In this document: positions 20,365 through 30,123 of the stretch, piece after piece
Numbering within the stretch: the first letter of the stretch is position 1
How the letters are laid out: each line of letters starts with the position of its first letter
Made by a program: the position numbers and the translations under genes
Notes under the pieces: generated by a model
Database searches by the model: none
What the model saw: the letters and a program-made list of their open reading frames with translations, nothing else
Told to the model about the DNA's origin: nothing
Assembly: GCA_963796055.1 (NCBI GenBank)
Contig: CAWCKH010000004.1
Coordinates: 1 to 64,000 of the forward strand
DNA from: an uncultured delta proteobacterium
GTDB taxonomy: Bacteria; Myxococcota; Myxococcia; Myxococcales; Myxococcaceae
Length of the DNA: 64,000 bases
Direction of reading: 5' to 3'

Positions 20365-20963
20365 TCGCCTGACCCGGCGGAGGAGTGACCGGCCCGTCCG
20401 GATCTCGACGGGTTGGTCCAGCCCCGCCCAGGCAGCATCGTGCTCGTCCGACCCGCTACGGCACAAGGGAGGCACACGGCGTGGTGGACTTGCGATGCCT
20501 CCGGGTACGTCTCGGGGCGGCGCAGGCTCGGCGCCCCGTCCGCGGTGCTGCCGCCCGACGTCACCACCGAACGTCGATGGTCTTCGCAGCGACCCTCGCC
20601 GGTTGGCGGTCGGCGCGCTCGGGTCTCGAGCCACCGCTCTGGATCCGGCAGTGAGGGTTAGGTACAGGCGGGAGCTCGGGCTCGCACGCCGTCAAGAAGA
20701 GGTCGCCAGATCCGGTTGACGGGTCACAACCCGTCAGCCGCATGCCTGGTACCTCGAGTTGCTCAGCGCGCATTCATTCGAACGCCTGCCGATCCGGAGG
20801 CCGTTCATCAAGCCGCGCCGTCAAAGCAGTCGAGCTCGCACCAATTGCAGGGCTGGCGACCATCTTCCCGTCCTCCGGTACTGGGATCCAGATGATCTGC
20901 TTGCGGCAGTCGGCCCACGGCGGCACTGATCAGATCCTGATCAAGCTGCCCGGAGATTGAGGA

Positions 20964-21887
20964 ATGACGAGTGACTTGAGGACTCGGCGAATGGATCCCC
21001 AGCTGGCACCATTCATCCAGTCGTTTCCCCCGGCCGACTTGAGCGATCCGGTCACTGCGCGCAGGCAACTCGCCGAGCTGTCCGCCAGGGCATCAGTGCC
21101 GAACGTCGAGGGAATGCAGATCGAGGATCGCAAGGTCCCTGGCAACCCGGACGTACCGGTGCGTATCTATCGCCCGCATCAGGCGCAAGGCACCATCGTC
21201 TGGCTTCACGGCGGCGGATTCGTCATGGGTGGCCTGGATATCGAGCATCCGTGGGGTCTCCGGATCGCGGACGGCTCCGGCGCGGTGGTTGTGTCCGTCG
21301 GCTACAGGCTGGCGCCCGAGAATCGGTTTCCGGCCGCGCTCGATGACGCGTACGTCGCACTCACCTGGACGGCCGAGCACGCAGCCGAACTCGGCATCGA
21401 CCCGCAGCGCATTGCCATCGGCGGCCATGCTGCTGGTGCGGGGCTCGCAGCCGCGGCGGCGTTGCGAGCGCGTGACCAACAGGGGCCGCCGATCAGGTTT
21501 CAGTTGCTCAACCAGCCGGAGCTCGACGATCGGCAGGCGACCTGGTCGGCACGGAACTTCACCGATACCCCGTTCATGACGCGCGACAAGGTCGCCGCGT
21601 CGTGGAGGCATTACCTCGGGTCCGCGCCCGCCTCACCTTACGCCGCGCCGGCGCGGGCTACCGATCTGTCGGGCCTGCCGCCCGCCTACATCACCTGCGC
21701 GGAGTTCGATCCGAACCGCGATGAAGCCATCGTCTATGCGCAGCGGCTGCTACAGGCCGGCGTGCCAGTCGAACTGCACCAGTGGCGCGGCACCTTCCAC
21801 GGATCCCAAGCGGTCCTGTCCGCCGAGGTGTCGCAACGGCAGATCGCGGAACTCGGCTTCGCGCTGCGTCATGCGCTCGCCGAGTGA
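20964..21887 (+). CDS. HSL-family alpha/beta hydrolase (Abhydrolase_3)
   Basis: HGGGF, YRLAPE and DPNRDE motifs; nucleophile elbow reads GHAAG. Confidence 0.85.
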   Translation: MTSDLRTRRMDPQLAPFIQSFPPADLSDPVTARRQLAELSARASVPNVEGMQIEDRKVPGNPDVPVRIYRPHQAQGTIVWLHGGGFVMGGLDIEHPWGLRIADGSGAVVVSVGYRLAPENRFPAALDDAYVALTWTAEHAAELGIDPQRIAIGGHAAGAGLAAAAALRARDQQGPPIRFQLLNQPELDDRQATWSARNFTDTPFMTRDKVAASWRHYLGSAPASPYAAPARATDLSGLPPAYITCAEFDPNRDEAIVYAQRLLQAGVPVELHQWRGTFHGSQAVLSAEVSQRQIAELGFALRHALAE

Positions 21888-21898
21888 CGTGGGGCCAT

Positions 21899-23284
21899 AT
21901 GAAGACCGACACCCAAATCCAAATCTCCAACCTCCGCACCACCCTGAACGGAAAGGTGATCGGCTCCGACGACGCCCGGTACGACCACGTGCGCCGAGTG
22001 TTCTTCACCGGCTTCGACCGTCGGCCCGCGGCCATCGTCCGCGTCGGCGACGCGTTGGACGTCGCGCGCGTCGTGACGCTGGCACGGGAGACCGGGGCCG
22101 AGCTCGCGGTGCGAAGCGGCGGCCACAGCCGGGCGGGGTACGGTACGTCCGAGGGCGGGATCGTCCTCGACCTCTCCGCGATGAACGCGGTCGAAATCGA
22201 CGCGGATGGCCGAGCAGCATGGGCGCAAACCGGGGTCAAGGCTGGCGCCTACACCAGGGTGACCGGCGAACGCGGCCTTGCGACCGGGCTCGGCGACACC
22301 GCGAGCGTCGGCCTCGGTGGGATCACGCTCGGCGGCGGCATCGGCTTCCTCGTCCGCAAGCACGGCCTCGCCATCGACGACGTGCTTGCGGCCGAGGTGG
22401 TGACCGCCGACGGCGAGCTTCTCGAGGTGGACGAGCATGCCCACCCCAATCTCTTCTGGGCCGTCCGGGGCGGCGGCGGCAACTTCGGTGTCGTGACCAG
22501 ACTCCGTCTCCGGCTGCACAAGATCGACCAGGTCCTCGGCGGGATGCTACTGCTCCCTGCGAGCGCCGACGTGATCACCGGGCTGGTCGCCGCGACAGAT
22601 GCGGCGTCCGAGGACCTGTCCGTGATCGCGAACGTATTGAAGGCCCCGCCGCTGCCCTTCATCCCGCCGGAACAGCACGGCAAGCCCGTGGTGATGGCCC
22701 TTGTCGTCTACGCGGGCGAGCCCGCGGCTGGTGAGAAGGCGATCGCGCCGATTCGCACCCTCGCCACTCCGGTCGCCGACATGGTACGGCCGATCCGCTA
22801 CCCGGAGATGTACGCGGGGCCGGAAGCTCCTGGTCCGGCGTTCGCCGTGGGAACGAACCTGCTCGTCGATGAGCTCTCGGCGGCCGGGGCAGGGACGATC
22901 CTCGCGCACCTCGAGACCGCGACTGCCGCGATAGCCGCCGTCCAAGTGCGCGTCCTCGGGGGCGCGATGGCGCGCGTCGCCGACGGCGCGACCGCGTTCG
23001 GCCACCGGCGAGCGAAGCTCATGGTGAACATTGCCGCCATGGATGGGCGCGTCGAGGAGCGCGCGGAGCATGAGACATGGGCCGCCGGGCTGGCCGAGGC
23101 GCTCTCCCGTGGAGTGACGACTCCGGCCTACGTCGGGTTCCTCGGCGACGAGGGCGAGGAGGGTGTCCGCCGCGCGTACCCGCCTGCGACCCTGGATCGC
23201 CTCGCGCAGGTGAAGCGTCGGTACGACCCCGAGAACCTCTTTCACCTGAACCTGAACGTCGCGCCCGACGTGAGAGGAGCTTGA
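21899..23284 (+). CDS. FAD-linked oxidoreductase (berberine-bridge-enzyme-like)
   Basis: VRSGGHS, LFWAVRGGGGNFGVVT and KRRYDPENLF motifs. Confidence 0.9.
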   Translation: MKTDTQIQISNLRTTLNGKVIGSDDARYDHVRRVFFTGFDRRPAAIVRVGDALDVARVVTLARETGAELAVRSGGHSRAGYGTSEGGIVLDLSAMNAVEIDADGRAAWAQTGVKAGAYTRVTGERGLATGLGDTASVGLGGITLGGGIGFLVRKHGLAIDDVLAAEVVTADGELLEVDEHAHPNLFWAVRGGGGNFGVVTRLRLRLHKIDQVLGGMLLLPASADVITGLVAATDAASEDLSVIANVLKAPPLPFIPPEQHGKPVVMALVVYAGEPAAGEKAIAPIRTLATPVADMVRPIRYPEMYAGPEAPGPAFAVGTNLLVDELSAAGAGTILAHLETATAAIAAVQVRVLGGAMARVADGATAFGHRRAKLMVNIAAMDGRVEERAEHETWAAGLAEALSRGVTTPAYVGFLGDEGEEGVRRAYPPATLDRLAQVKRRYDPENLFHLNLNVAPDVRGA

Positions 23285-23385
23285 GCGCCACGTGCGTGCG
23301 CCACGCTCTTGGGGCTCCTTCTCGCCGGGCTTCGAGGGTGGCCGCGCTGTGCCTTACCGCTGAAAAGGCTTGGGCGGGGAAAACG

Positions 23386-23434
23386 GTCGCGGGATCCTCA
23401 ACCTGACGGTGGTCCAGAAAACGGGGGCACGTCA
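23386..23434 (+). repeat. solo IS3 right end identical to 11329-11377
   Basis: 49 bp exact repeat gtcgcgggatcctcaacctgacggtggtccagaaaacgggggcacgtca. Confidence 0.9.
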
Positions 23435-23954
23435 CGATGCCTCACACTGGTCCAGCGCGACGTGCCTTTGGCGCCAGAGCCAACCGGAGCAACCGAGCGC
23501 GCCTCTCTGGCGGACAAATTGCAGACACTTCTCCAGGAACTCGAGGCCTAAAGTCACGTCCCGCAATCAATTGCGGGATCGGCCTTTTGGGGCTCGAAAT
23601 GGCTCTCGAATCCGCCCGAAAATACGCTCCACAATGCGCTCCCAGATCGGGCGCATTGTCGGGCCGTTTGCCGGGCCGAATGCCGGGCGGCTTCGAGCAG
23701 CCGTCGTCAGGCAGGTCGCGCCCTTCCGCCCTCGCCCACCCGGTTCGCCTGCAGCACCGGGAGTACCCCTGCGTTTCCCGCTCACGCCCTCGCAACGATG
23801 AAACTGAGGGCGTGAGCGGGAAACTCTGGGTACCCCTGAATTCGAACGGGGTGGGCGAGGGCGAAAGGACCCTCATTTGTGGAGTCCTGATGAGGAAAGG
23901 TCTCGAGATGGAGTGAGTGAGGAAGGGAGGGCAGTGAGAAAGGTGTGAGCAACG

Positions 23955-24215
23955 ATGGAACGTGCATCCCCCGAGCAGGTCGAGCAAGCCGGTCGGCGCG
24001 GGCGGCTGAGCCGTAAGGACCGACAGCTGGTTGGCGCACTTGGACTCTGTCGGTACCTGAACATCGGGCAAGTCATCGAGCTCGGAGTGGGCGCCAAGAC
24101 GGGGAAGGCGACCGGGTACAGGCTCCGTGGACTGGCTGGCGAGGAAACCAGGTCCAAGGTGCGAGCGTCGAGGCCCGCGCTGTTGAGACGCTTTCCCTTC
24201 CATTCCTTCCCTCGC
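23955..24215 (+). pseudogene. truncated replication-relaxation (Replic_Relax-like) protein N-terminus
   Basis: RLSRKDRQLVGALGLCRYLNIGQV resembles the LTxRDxxxLxxLxxxRxLTxxQ start of that family; the ORF degenerates afterwards. Confidence 0.45.
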
Positions 24216-24375
24216 GCCGCACGAAATCATTTGGACTGCCGTTCAGCTACCTCCACCTGGCGGCCATCGTCGACCTCTGCTCTCGTTTCTGGGGATTCAG
24301 TTGCAGTCGGCCCACCACCGACTCGCCAAGCCCTAGTGAGTCTCGGAAGTCTAAGTGAGCCCGGGAAACGGAACC

Positions 24376-25572
24376 CTAGAACATCGGTGTGGGGACGTTC
24401 CCCCAGCCCGTCCCCGGGCCCAGGTCCTTCAGGTTGAGCACTGTCAGGCTGTGCATGTCGAGGTCCACGAAGAATTGCGGCACGCGCTCCTGGTCAATCG
24501 CGAACAGCGACGCCCGTCGGCTCAGATCGCCGTGGTGGCCGACCCGGAGGAAGATGATCCTCCTGGCGGTTGGAGACGTGGCCGCCGCCTCACCCGGGGT
24601 GTGATGCACCATCTCGTGGCCACCTTCAAGGTGGCGAAACGGGTGGAAGATCCAGTCCGCGATCATCGCGATGGTCTGATTGTGCTCGTAGAGCCGGAAG
24701 GCGGGGTCGGTGTCTGCAATCATCCCCTGCATCACGTAGTTGGGGGGCACGATGTAGCCGAGAATGGCCCCCCGCTCCTCCGCGAGCCGCGACCCGATCT
24801 CGGGTATCCGCAGCACGTCCGGCATCCGATGCTGGACCATGACCGCATCACCGGGGAGGATGGCCAGCACCGAGACGCGGCCATCCGACCAGATCGGCAA
24901 CCTCGCGACGGTGTACGAGCGCAGCGCGAAGGCGGTTCCGATGGAGAGGACCAGGAGCGAGGTCAGCCCGAGGCTGCCTCGGAGCACTGGAGTGCGTGGG
25001 GCGGGGATCTTCCTAGCGACCTGCTCCAGCGGCCTCGGAAGAAACATGCCGGTCCGCGAGATGTAGGCCGAGTACTGCTCCCCGAACGCAGCCACCATCC
25101 GCCGCTCCTCGTCCCGTGCGAGGAAGGAGTAGAGGCCCATCATCACCGCCCAGAGCACAACCGTGAGGAATCGCGGCCACAGAATCGCTAGCCCGAGCCC
25201 AGCGACCGCAAGCGCGGCATACTGCGGGTGCCTGATCCACCTGTACGCGCCGCCCAGGACCGGCCCCCGTCGCAAGAACTTGTGGGAGTACACCTGGGCG
25301 GCGCAGACCAGGAACAAGACCGTGCCGCTCACGAAGAGGACAGAGCCAGCAACTCGCAGCGCCCTGAGGAACGCGTCGGGCGGTAGAACCATGTGCGGGA
25401 GAAAGAAGTCTGCCAGCCAGTGTGTGGCCGGCCAATTCGCGAGGAAGAGCAGGAACGGATTGAACGCGGCGTAAAAGAAAGCCGCGAATGGGCTGATCAT
25501 CACGAGCACTTCCAGCCCGATGATGAAGTACAGCACGATGACGCTGCCGATGAACCGTCGTGACCCACTCAT
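24376..25572 (-). CDS. ICMT/PEMT-family membrane methyltransferase-domain protein
   Basis: GAYRWIRHPQY...EERRM..FGEQYSAY...MFLP; multiple TM helices. Confidence 0.8.
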   Translation of the reverse strand: MSGSRRFIGSVIVLYFIIGLEVLVMISPFAAFFYAAFNPFLLFLANWPATHWLADFFLPHMVLPPDAFLRALRVAGSVLFVSGTVLFLVCAAQVYSHKFLRRGPVLGGAYRWIRHPQYAALAVAGLGLAILWPRFLTVVLWAVMMGLYSFLARDEERRMVAAFGEQYSAYISRTGMFLPRPLEQVARKIPAPRTPVLRGSLGLTSLLVLSIGTAFALRSYTVARLPIWSDGRVSVLAILPGDAVMVQHRMPDVLRIPEIGSRLAEERGAILGYIVPPNYVMQGMIADTDPAFRLYEHNQTIAMIADWIFHPFRHLEGGHEMVHHTPGEAAATSPTARRIIFLRVGHHGDLSRRASLFAIDQERVPQFFVDLDMHSLTVLNLKDLGPGTGWGNVPTPMF

Positions 25573-25949
25573 GTGATGCTGGTGCCTGGTCCGGGCCCAC
25601 CGTTAGGCGCCCCTGGGCTGGTCCTGTTACCTCCATGAGCCCTCGGCAGTCGAGCGCATCTCCCGCGCCCTCCGCCCGGCTGGCCTGGGCCGTGCGGAAG
25701 GAGGTGCGCCGGTGCGCCGGTGCGCCAGTGAACCTGGACGCTGGCGCGACCGGCTTCGCCGACCACGGGCTCGGCGCCGTCCTCGGGGTACATTGGGATG
25801 GATACCGCACGTGGCTGCCGGGTGTGCCAGTGCGGCGTTGCCAGCGGGCGCCAGAACAACGCGGCATGCCCGCTGTCGGCTGTTCCAGCACGTGGGCGCG
25901 CGACGCTCCTGGGGCGAATGCGGCAGTCTGGCTGGCATCGCGCGGGAGT

Positions 25950-26105
25950 TCACCGCCCACTTCGCCGGATGAAGTCCTCAATGTCCGCGACTCGCAGCCG
26001 AATCGAATTGGACACGCGGACGTGCCGGAGCTCGCCCCGCTCGCACAGTCCGTAGACGGTCGCGGTGCTCACCCCCAGCCGGGTAGCCACCTCACGGACG
26101 GACAT
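25950..26105 (-). CDS. excisionase-like HTH protein, probably the tail of an IS66-interrupted ORF
   Basis: MSVREVATRLGVSTATVYGLCERGELRHVRVSNSIRL. Confidence 0.75.
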   Translation of the reverse strand: MSVREVATRLGVSTATVYGLCERGELRHVRVSNSIRLRVADIEDFIRRSGR

Positions 26106-26278
26106 GAGGCGCCCTGCCCCGCTCTCCACAACACCGAGCGGCAGTTTGGGTCCCATTAGGGTCCCACGCGGAGCCATCCGGGAGCGTCCATTGCGTCCAT
26201 CGAGACGAGATGACCCGACGTAACCGACCGACGACGGACGTCTTGAGCCGTAGCGGCTGACCGGCAGAGTCGGGCGCC

Positions 26279-26608
26279 ATGCCCCGACGACCCAGCACCG
26301 AGGAGTGGATCGCCCTCCTGGCCGAGTTCGAGCAGAGCGGCCTGCAGCAGAAGGAATTCTGCGCCAAGCACGACCTCTCCATCGCCGCATTTCAGTATTG
26401 GATGTACAGGAAGGCCAAGAAGCACTCCGAATCGGCAGCCAAGCTTTCCGAGTCCTTCCTGCCCATCGAAGTCGTAGGCTCTGCCGCGCCTCCAGCGCGG
26501 CCAGGGGGAGTGGTTGTGGAGATCGCGCTCGCCGGAGGCATCGTGGTCCGGCTGCCGGCCGGGACCGAGCCCAGGTACGTGAGCGAGCTGCTTCGGGCGC
26601 TGCGGTAG
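26279..26608 (+). CDS. tnpA: IS66 accessory protein TnpA
   Basis: SGLQQKEFCAKHDLS..FQYW, FLPIEV, VEIAL..GIVVRL. Confidence 0.85.
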   Translation: MPRRPSTEEWIALLAEFEQSGLQQKEFCAKHDLSIAAFQYWMYRKAKKHSESAAKLSESFLPIEVVGSAAPPARPGGVVVEIALAGGIVVRLPAGTEPRYVSELLRALR

Positions 26609-26615
26609 CCGCCCG

Positions 26616-27215
26616 GTGCTGCTCCTCCCGCGGGCAGTCCGCATCCTCCTCGCCGCGAAGCCCGTGGACATGCGCAACAGCATCGACGGGCTCGCCGCCA
26701 TCATCCGTAACGAGTGGAAGGAGGACCTCTACGCAGGGGACCTCTTCATCTTCGTCAGCCGGCGAGGCGATAGGACGAAGGTGCTGACCTGGGACAACGG
26801 GGGCTTCGTCCTGTTCTACAAGCGGCTCGAGCAGGGCCGCTTCCGGCTCCCGGCCTTCCGCGAGGGTGCGCTCGGAGCGCGGCTGCAGAGCAGCCAGCTC
26901 GCCATGCTGCTCGACGGCATCGACCTCAGCCGCGTCCGCCGGCCCAAGCAGTGGGTCCCCCCGCACCCAGTTTCCAACGAGGGGGGAGGTATAATCTCTA
27001 CTGCGCGTTGGCACCAGGCTCCGAAGACCACGAGTGTGCGTGGCGAGACGAAGCCGAACGGCTCGCAGCGGAGCTCGCTCAAGTCCAGGACCGACAGCAG
27101 CAGCTCGAGGGTCAGCTCGCTGCGCTCCAGCGCCACATCTTCGGGCAGCGCAGCGAGAAGATGCCGCCGGTCGCCGAGCAGCTCCGGGCAGAGAAGCCGG
27201 TCGACCCCGCGGTGA
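26616..27215 (+). CDS. tnpB: IS66 TnpB (reads past the usual stop into tnpC; possible indel)
   Basis: PVDMRNSIDGL, KVLTWDNGGFVLFYKRLEQGRF, LLDGID. Confidence 0.85.
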   Translation: MLLLPRAVRILLAAKPVDMRNSIDGLAAIIRNEWKEDLYAGDLFIFVSRRGDRTKVLTWDNGGFVLFYKRLEQGRFRLPAFREGALGARLQSSQLAMLLDGIDLSRVRRPKQWVPPHPVSNEGGGIISTARWHQAPKTTSVRGETKPNGSQRSSLKSRTDSSSSRVSSLRSSATSSGSAARRCRRSPSSSGQRSRSTPR

Positions 27216-28471
27216 CGCAGGCGACGCGGCGCGCACGCCGCGAAGCGAGGGCCGCGCTCCCCGAGCGCCTCGTCGAGCACCGAGTCGCTGACGAGAAGCG
27301 GACCTGCCCGAAGTGCGGGAGCTCGGAGCTGCGGCCCGTGGGCGAAGGGAAACGGACGTACTTGTACGAGTACGTGCCGGCCCGCTTCGAGCGACAAGTG
27401 CACGTGCAAGAGACGCTGGCCTGCCGATGCGGCGAAGGCCTCGTCACCGCGGACGGGCCTCGCCGCGTGGTGGACAAGTGCCAATACGGGCCTGGCCTGC
27501 TCGCCCACGTCGTCACGGCGAAGTGCGCCGACAGCATTCCTTTGTACCGCCAGGCCAAGGCGCTGGCCCGCGCCGGCGTGCCCATCAACCGCACCACGCT
27601 CGGAGACCTCTTCCACACCACAGCGGACGTGCTCGCGCCCTTGGCCGCTCGGATTCTCCAGCGGGTGCGCGACGCGCAGCTGGTCCGAGCGGATGAAACG
27701 CCCATCCGCGTCCTTGCGGAGGAGAAGACACGTCGCGGCTACATCTGGACGTTTCGGACGGAGAAGCTCATCGCCTACGAGTACAGCGCGTCCCGGAGCG
27801 GTGAGACGCCCGCGAGGGTGCTCGAAGGCACGAAGGGCTATCTGCTTGTCGACGCGTACAGCGGCTACAACGCCGTCACCCTGCCCGATGGACGCATCCG
27901 CGTGGGCTGCTGGGCGCACGTGCGGCGGAAATTCTTCGACGCGCTCGGCACCGCCCCCGAGGCCCAGGGCATGCTGGACCTCATCCTTGGCCTGTACCGA
28001 GTCGAGCACGCCGCCCGCGACGCGGGCGTCCTCGGCCAGCCGGAGCACCTCCAGCTCCGAGCTGAGCAGAGCGTCCCGCTTCTCGGGAAAATTCGCGACT
28101 GGCTGGCCACACAGGTCCCGCTCCATCCGCCGAAGTCTCCGCTGGGCGAGGCGATCCGCTACGCACGTGGGCAGTGGGAGGCGCTGGGCCACTTCGTGGA
28201 GGGTGCCTCGCTGCCGCTCGACAACAACGCTTCGGAGAACGCGCTCCGCACCGTCGCCCTCGGTCGGAAGAACTTCCTCTTCGTGGGGCACGACGAAGCC
28301 GGAGCCGGACTCGCTGGTCTCTACTCCCTCGTGGCCACGTGCCAGGCGAACGGAGTCAATCCGGAGGCGTACCTCGCGGATGTCCTCCTCCGCGTGCAGA
28401 GCCACCCGGCGGCGCGGATCGACGAGCTGCTCCCGGACCGGTGGATGCAGCCAGCTCCGAACACCTCCTGA
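27008..28471 (+). CDS. tnpC: IS66 transposase TnpC (start approximate)
   Basis: FGQRSEK, CPKCG, ADETP, GCWAHVRRKF, DNNASENALR and LLP motifs. Confidence 0.92.
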   Translation: MAPGSEDHECAWRDEAERLAAELAQVQDRQQQLEGQLAALQRHIFGQRSEKMPPVAEQLRAEKPVDPAVTQATRRARREARAALPERLVEHRVADEKRTCPKCGSSELRPVGEGKRTYLYEYVPARFERQVHVQETLACRCGEGLVTADGPRRVVDKCQYGPGLLAHVVTAKCADSIPLYRQAKALARAGVPINRTTLGDLFHTTADVLAPLAARILQRVRDAQLVRADETPIRVLAEEKTRRGYIWTFRTEKLIAYEYSASRSGETPARVLEGTKGYLLVDAYSGYNAVTLPDGRIRVGCWAHVRRKFFDALGTAPEAQGMLDLILGLYRVEHAARDAGVLGQPEHLQLRAEQSVPLLGKIRDWLATQVPLHPPKSPLGEAIRYARGQWEALGHFVEGASLPLDNNASENALRTVALGRKNFLFVGHDEAGAGLAGLYSLVATCQANGVNPEAYLADVLLRVQSHPAARIDELLPDRWMQPAPNTS

Positions 28472-28607
28472 CCGCTCAGCTCGGCCGGAGGATCCAAGCT
28501 CGATCGGTTACGATGACCCGACTACAGGCTCAGTTCTCTCGACGGGTTGGACGCTCGCGGACATGGATGGACGGACCGGATGCCCCCTCCGGAACCAAAG
28601 GCCAGGG

Positions 28608-29987
28608 GTGCTGTACCAGGACATCGCTGACCAAAACCGGTTCAGGACATCGCTGACAGTTTCGGCTGCTCGACTGTCGCGTGCCCTGGAAAGAGCAGCG
28701 AGTCATGAGCCACAAGCTGGAGTTCATCGAGAAGGCCAGCGCGATGGGGGCGAACATCTCGGCGCTCTGCAGGGAGTACGGCATCTCCCGGCAGACCGGC
28801 CACAAGTGGCTTCGGCGCTTCCGCGCGCGGGGATACACGGGCCTCGTCGAGCAGAGCCGTCGCCCGCTCTCGAGCCCGCTCACCACCGGCGAGGAGATTG
28901 TCGTCCGCATCCTCGAGCTGCGCGACCAGCACCAGACCTGGGGGCCGGACAAGATTGCCCGGGTGCTTCGGCGCACGCTGGGCGAGGACGGGCCGAGCAA
29001 GAGCACCGTAGCGCGGGTCCTGCATCGGCTCGGGAGGCTAAGGCGACACCGACCGCGCGTACGAGTGTGGAGCGTCGACGGGCGCCCGCGGGTCGAGGTG
29101 CACGGGCCGAACGACCTGTGGACGATGGACTTCAAGGGCTGGTGGCGAGCTCGAAACCGCGAGCGGTGCGAGCCGCTCACGGTGCGAGACGGGTTCAGCC
29201 GGAAGGTCCTCGCCGTGACCCTCCTCGGCTCGGTGAGGGCCGAAGAGGTCCGGCGTGTCCTCCGGAGCTTGTTCTTGCGGCACGGCCTGCCAGCCGCCAT
29301 TCAGAGCGACAACGGCACGCCATTCGTATCCACCCGCGGCCGCGGCGGACTGAGTCGGCTCTCGGCGTGGCTCGTCTCGCTCGGGATCCGTGTCGTGCGC
29401 TCACGTCCCGGGTGCCCGCAGGACAACGGCGGGCACGAGCGGATGCATCGGGACCTGAGCGAGCTGGAGCTCAACCCCGCCCGTACCCGCCGCGCTCAGC
29501 AGCGCGCGTGCGATCGTTGGGTGATCGAGTTCAACGAGGTCCGCCCCCACGATGCGCTCGGTGGCAAGACGCCAGCGGAGGTCTATCGCGACTCGGAGCG
29601 TCGCTCGCTCGACCCGCTCGTCCCGAGCTACCCGCCCGAGTGGAAGACGCGCCTGGTCTCGAAGGTGGGGACCATCTCGGTGAACGACGACGTGGTGTTC
29701 GTCAGCACGGCCCTCGCGGGCCAGATCGTCGGTCTCAAGCAGGAAGGGATCCTGCGCTGGCGAGCTCACTTCTTCGGCGTCGACCTCGGGATGATCGAGA
29801 TCGCCCCGCTGGCGAACGTGCTGACACCCGATGACGTCAGCTCCGTTACACCCGTCAACGCACCGTACTCAGAGGCTGTCAACGCCACTGTCACCCAGGA
29901 CGCGCTGCTGAACGCGCGAGCCGTAAACGCCTGAGAAACCCGCCGTCACCCTGCAGTCAACTGTCAGCGATGTCTTGACTCGTTCCA
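28608..29987 (+). mobile_element. IS481-family element (ends approximate)
   Basis: Repeated CAGGACATCGCTGAC at left, inverted GTCAGCGATGTCTTG at right. Confidence 0.8.
28681..29934 (+). CDS. IS481-family DDE transposase
   Basis: MPWKE, LCREYGISRQTGHKW, WTMDFKG, SDNG, PQDNGGHER and NEVRPH motifs. Confidence 0.92.
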   Translation: MPWKEQRVMSHKLEFIEKASAMGANISALCREYGISRQTGHKWLRRFRARGYTGLVEQSRRPLSSPLTTGEEIVVRILELRDQHQTWGPDKIARVLRRTLGEDGPSKSTVARVLHRLGRLRRHRPRVRVWSVDGRPRVEVHGPNDLWTMDFKGWWRARNRERCEPLTVRDGFSRKVLAVTLLGSVRAEEVRRVLRSLFLRHGLPAAIQSDNGTPFVSTRGRGGLSRLSAWLVSLGIRVVRSRPGCPQDNGGHERMHRDLSELELNPARTRRAQQRACDRWVIEFNEVRPHDALGGKTPAEVYRDSERRSLDPLVPSYPPEWKTRLVSKVGTISVNDDVVFVSTALAGQIVGLKQEGILRWRAHFFGVDLGMIEIAPLANVLTPDDVSSVTPVNAPYSEAVNATVTQDALLNARAVNA

Positions 29988-30035
29988 GGCCTCTATCGCG
30001 CGCCTGGAAGCCGATTCTTGGCGACGAGCGATGTC

Positions 30036-30064
30036 TTGTAAACGAGTTCTATATGGGTTATACA
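30036..30064 (+). promoter_or_regulatory. candidate sigma70-like promoter for xis-int
   Basis: TTGTAA-17 bp-TATACA in an AT-rich patch about 60 bp upstream of the xis-like ATG. Confidence 0.35.
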
Positions 30065-30123
30065 TAGGACCTAGCGGGCGAGCAGCATGCTCTGGCCAGG
30101 AGTGGGTCTTGGCGACGGACGAA

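Larger units (their letters stand above)
26220..28511 (+). mobile_element. IS66-family element
   Basis: IRs GTAACCGACCGA / TCGATCGGTTAC; flanking direct repeat GATGACCCGAC; tnpA-tnpB-tnpC. Confidence 0.93.
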
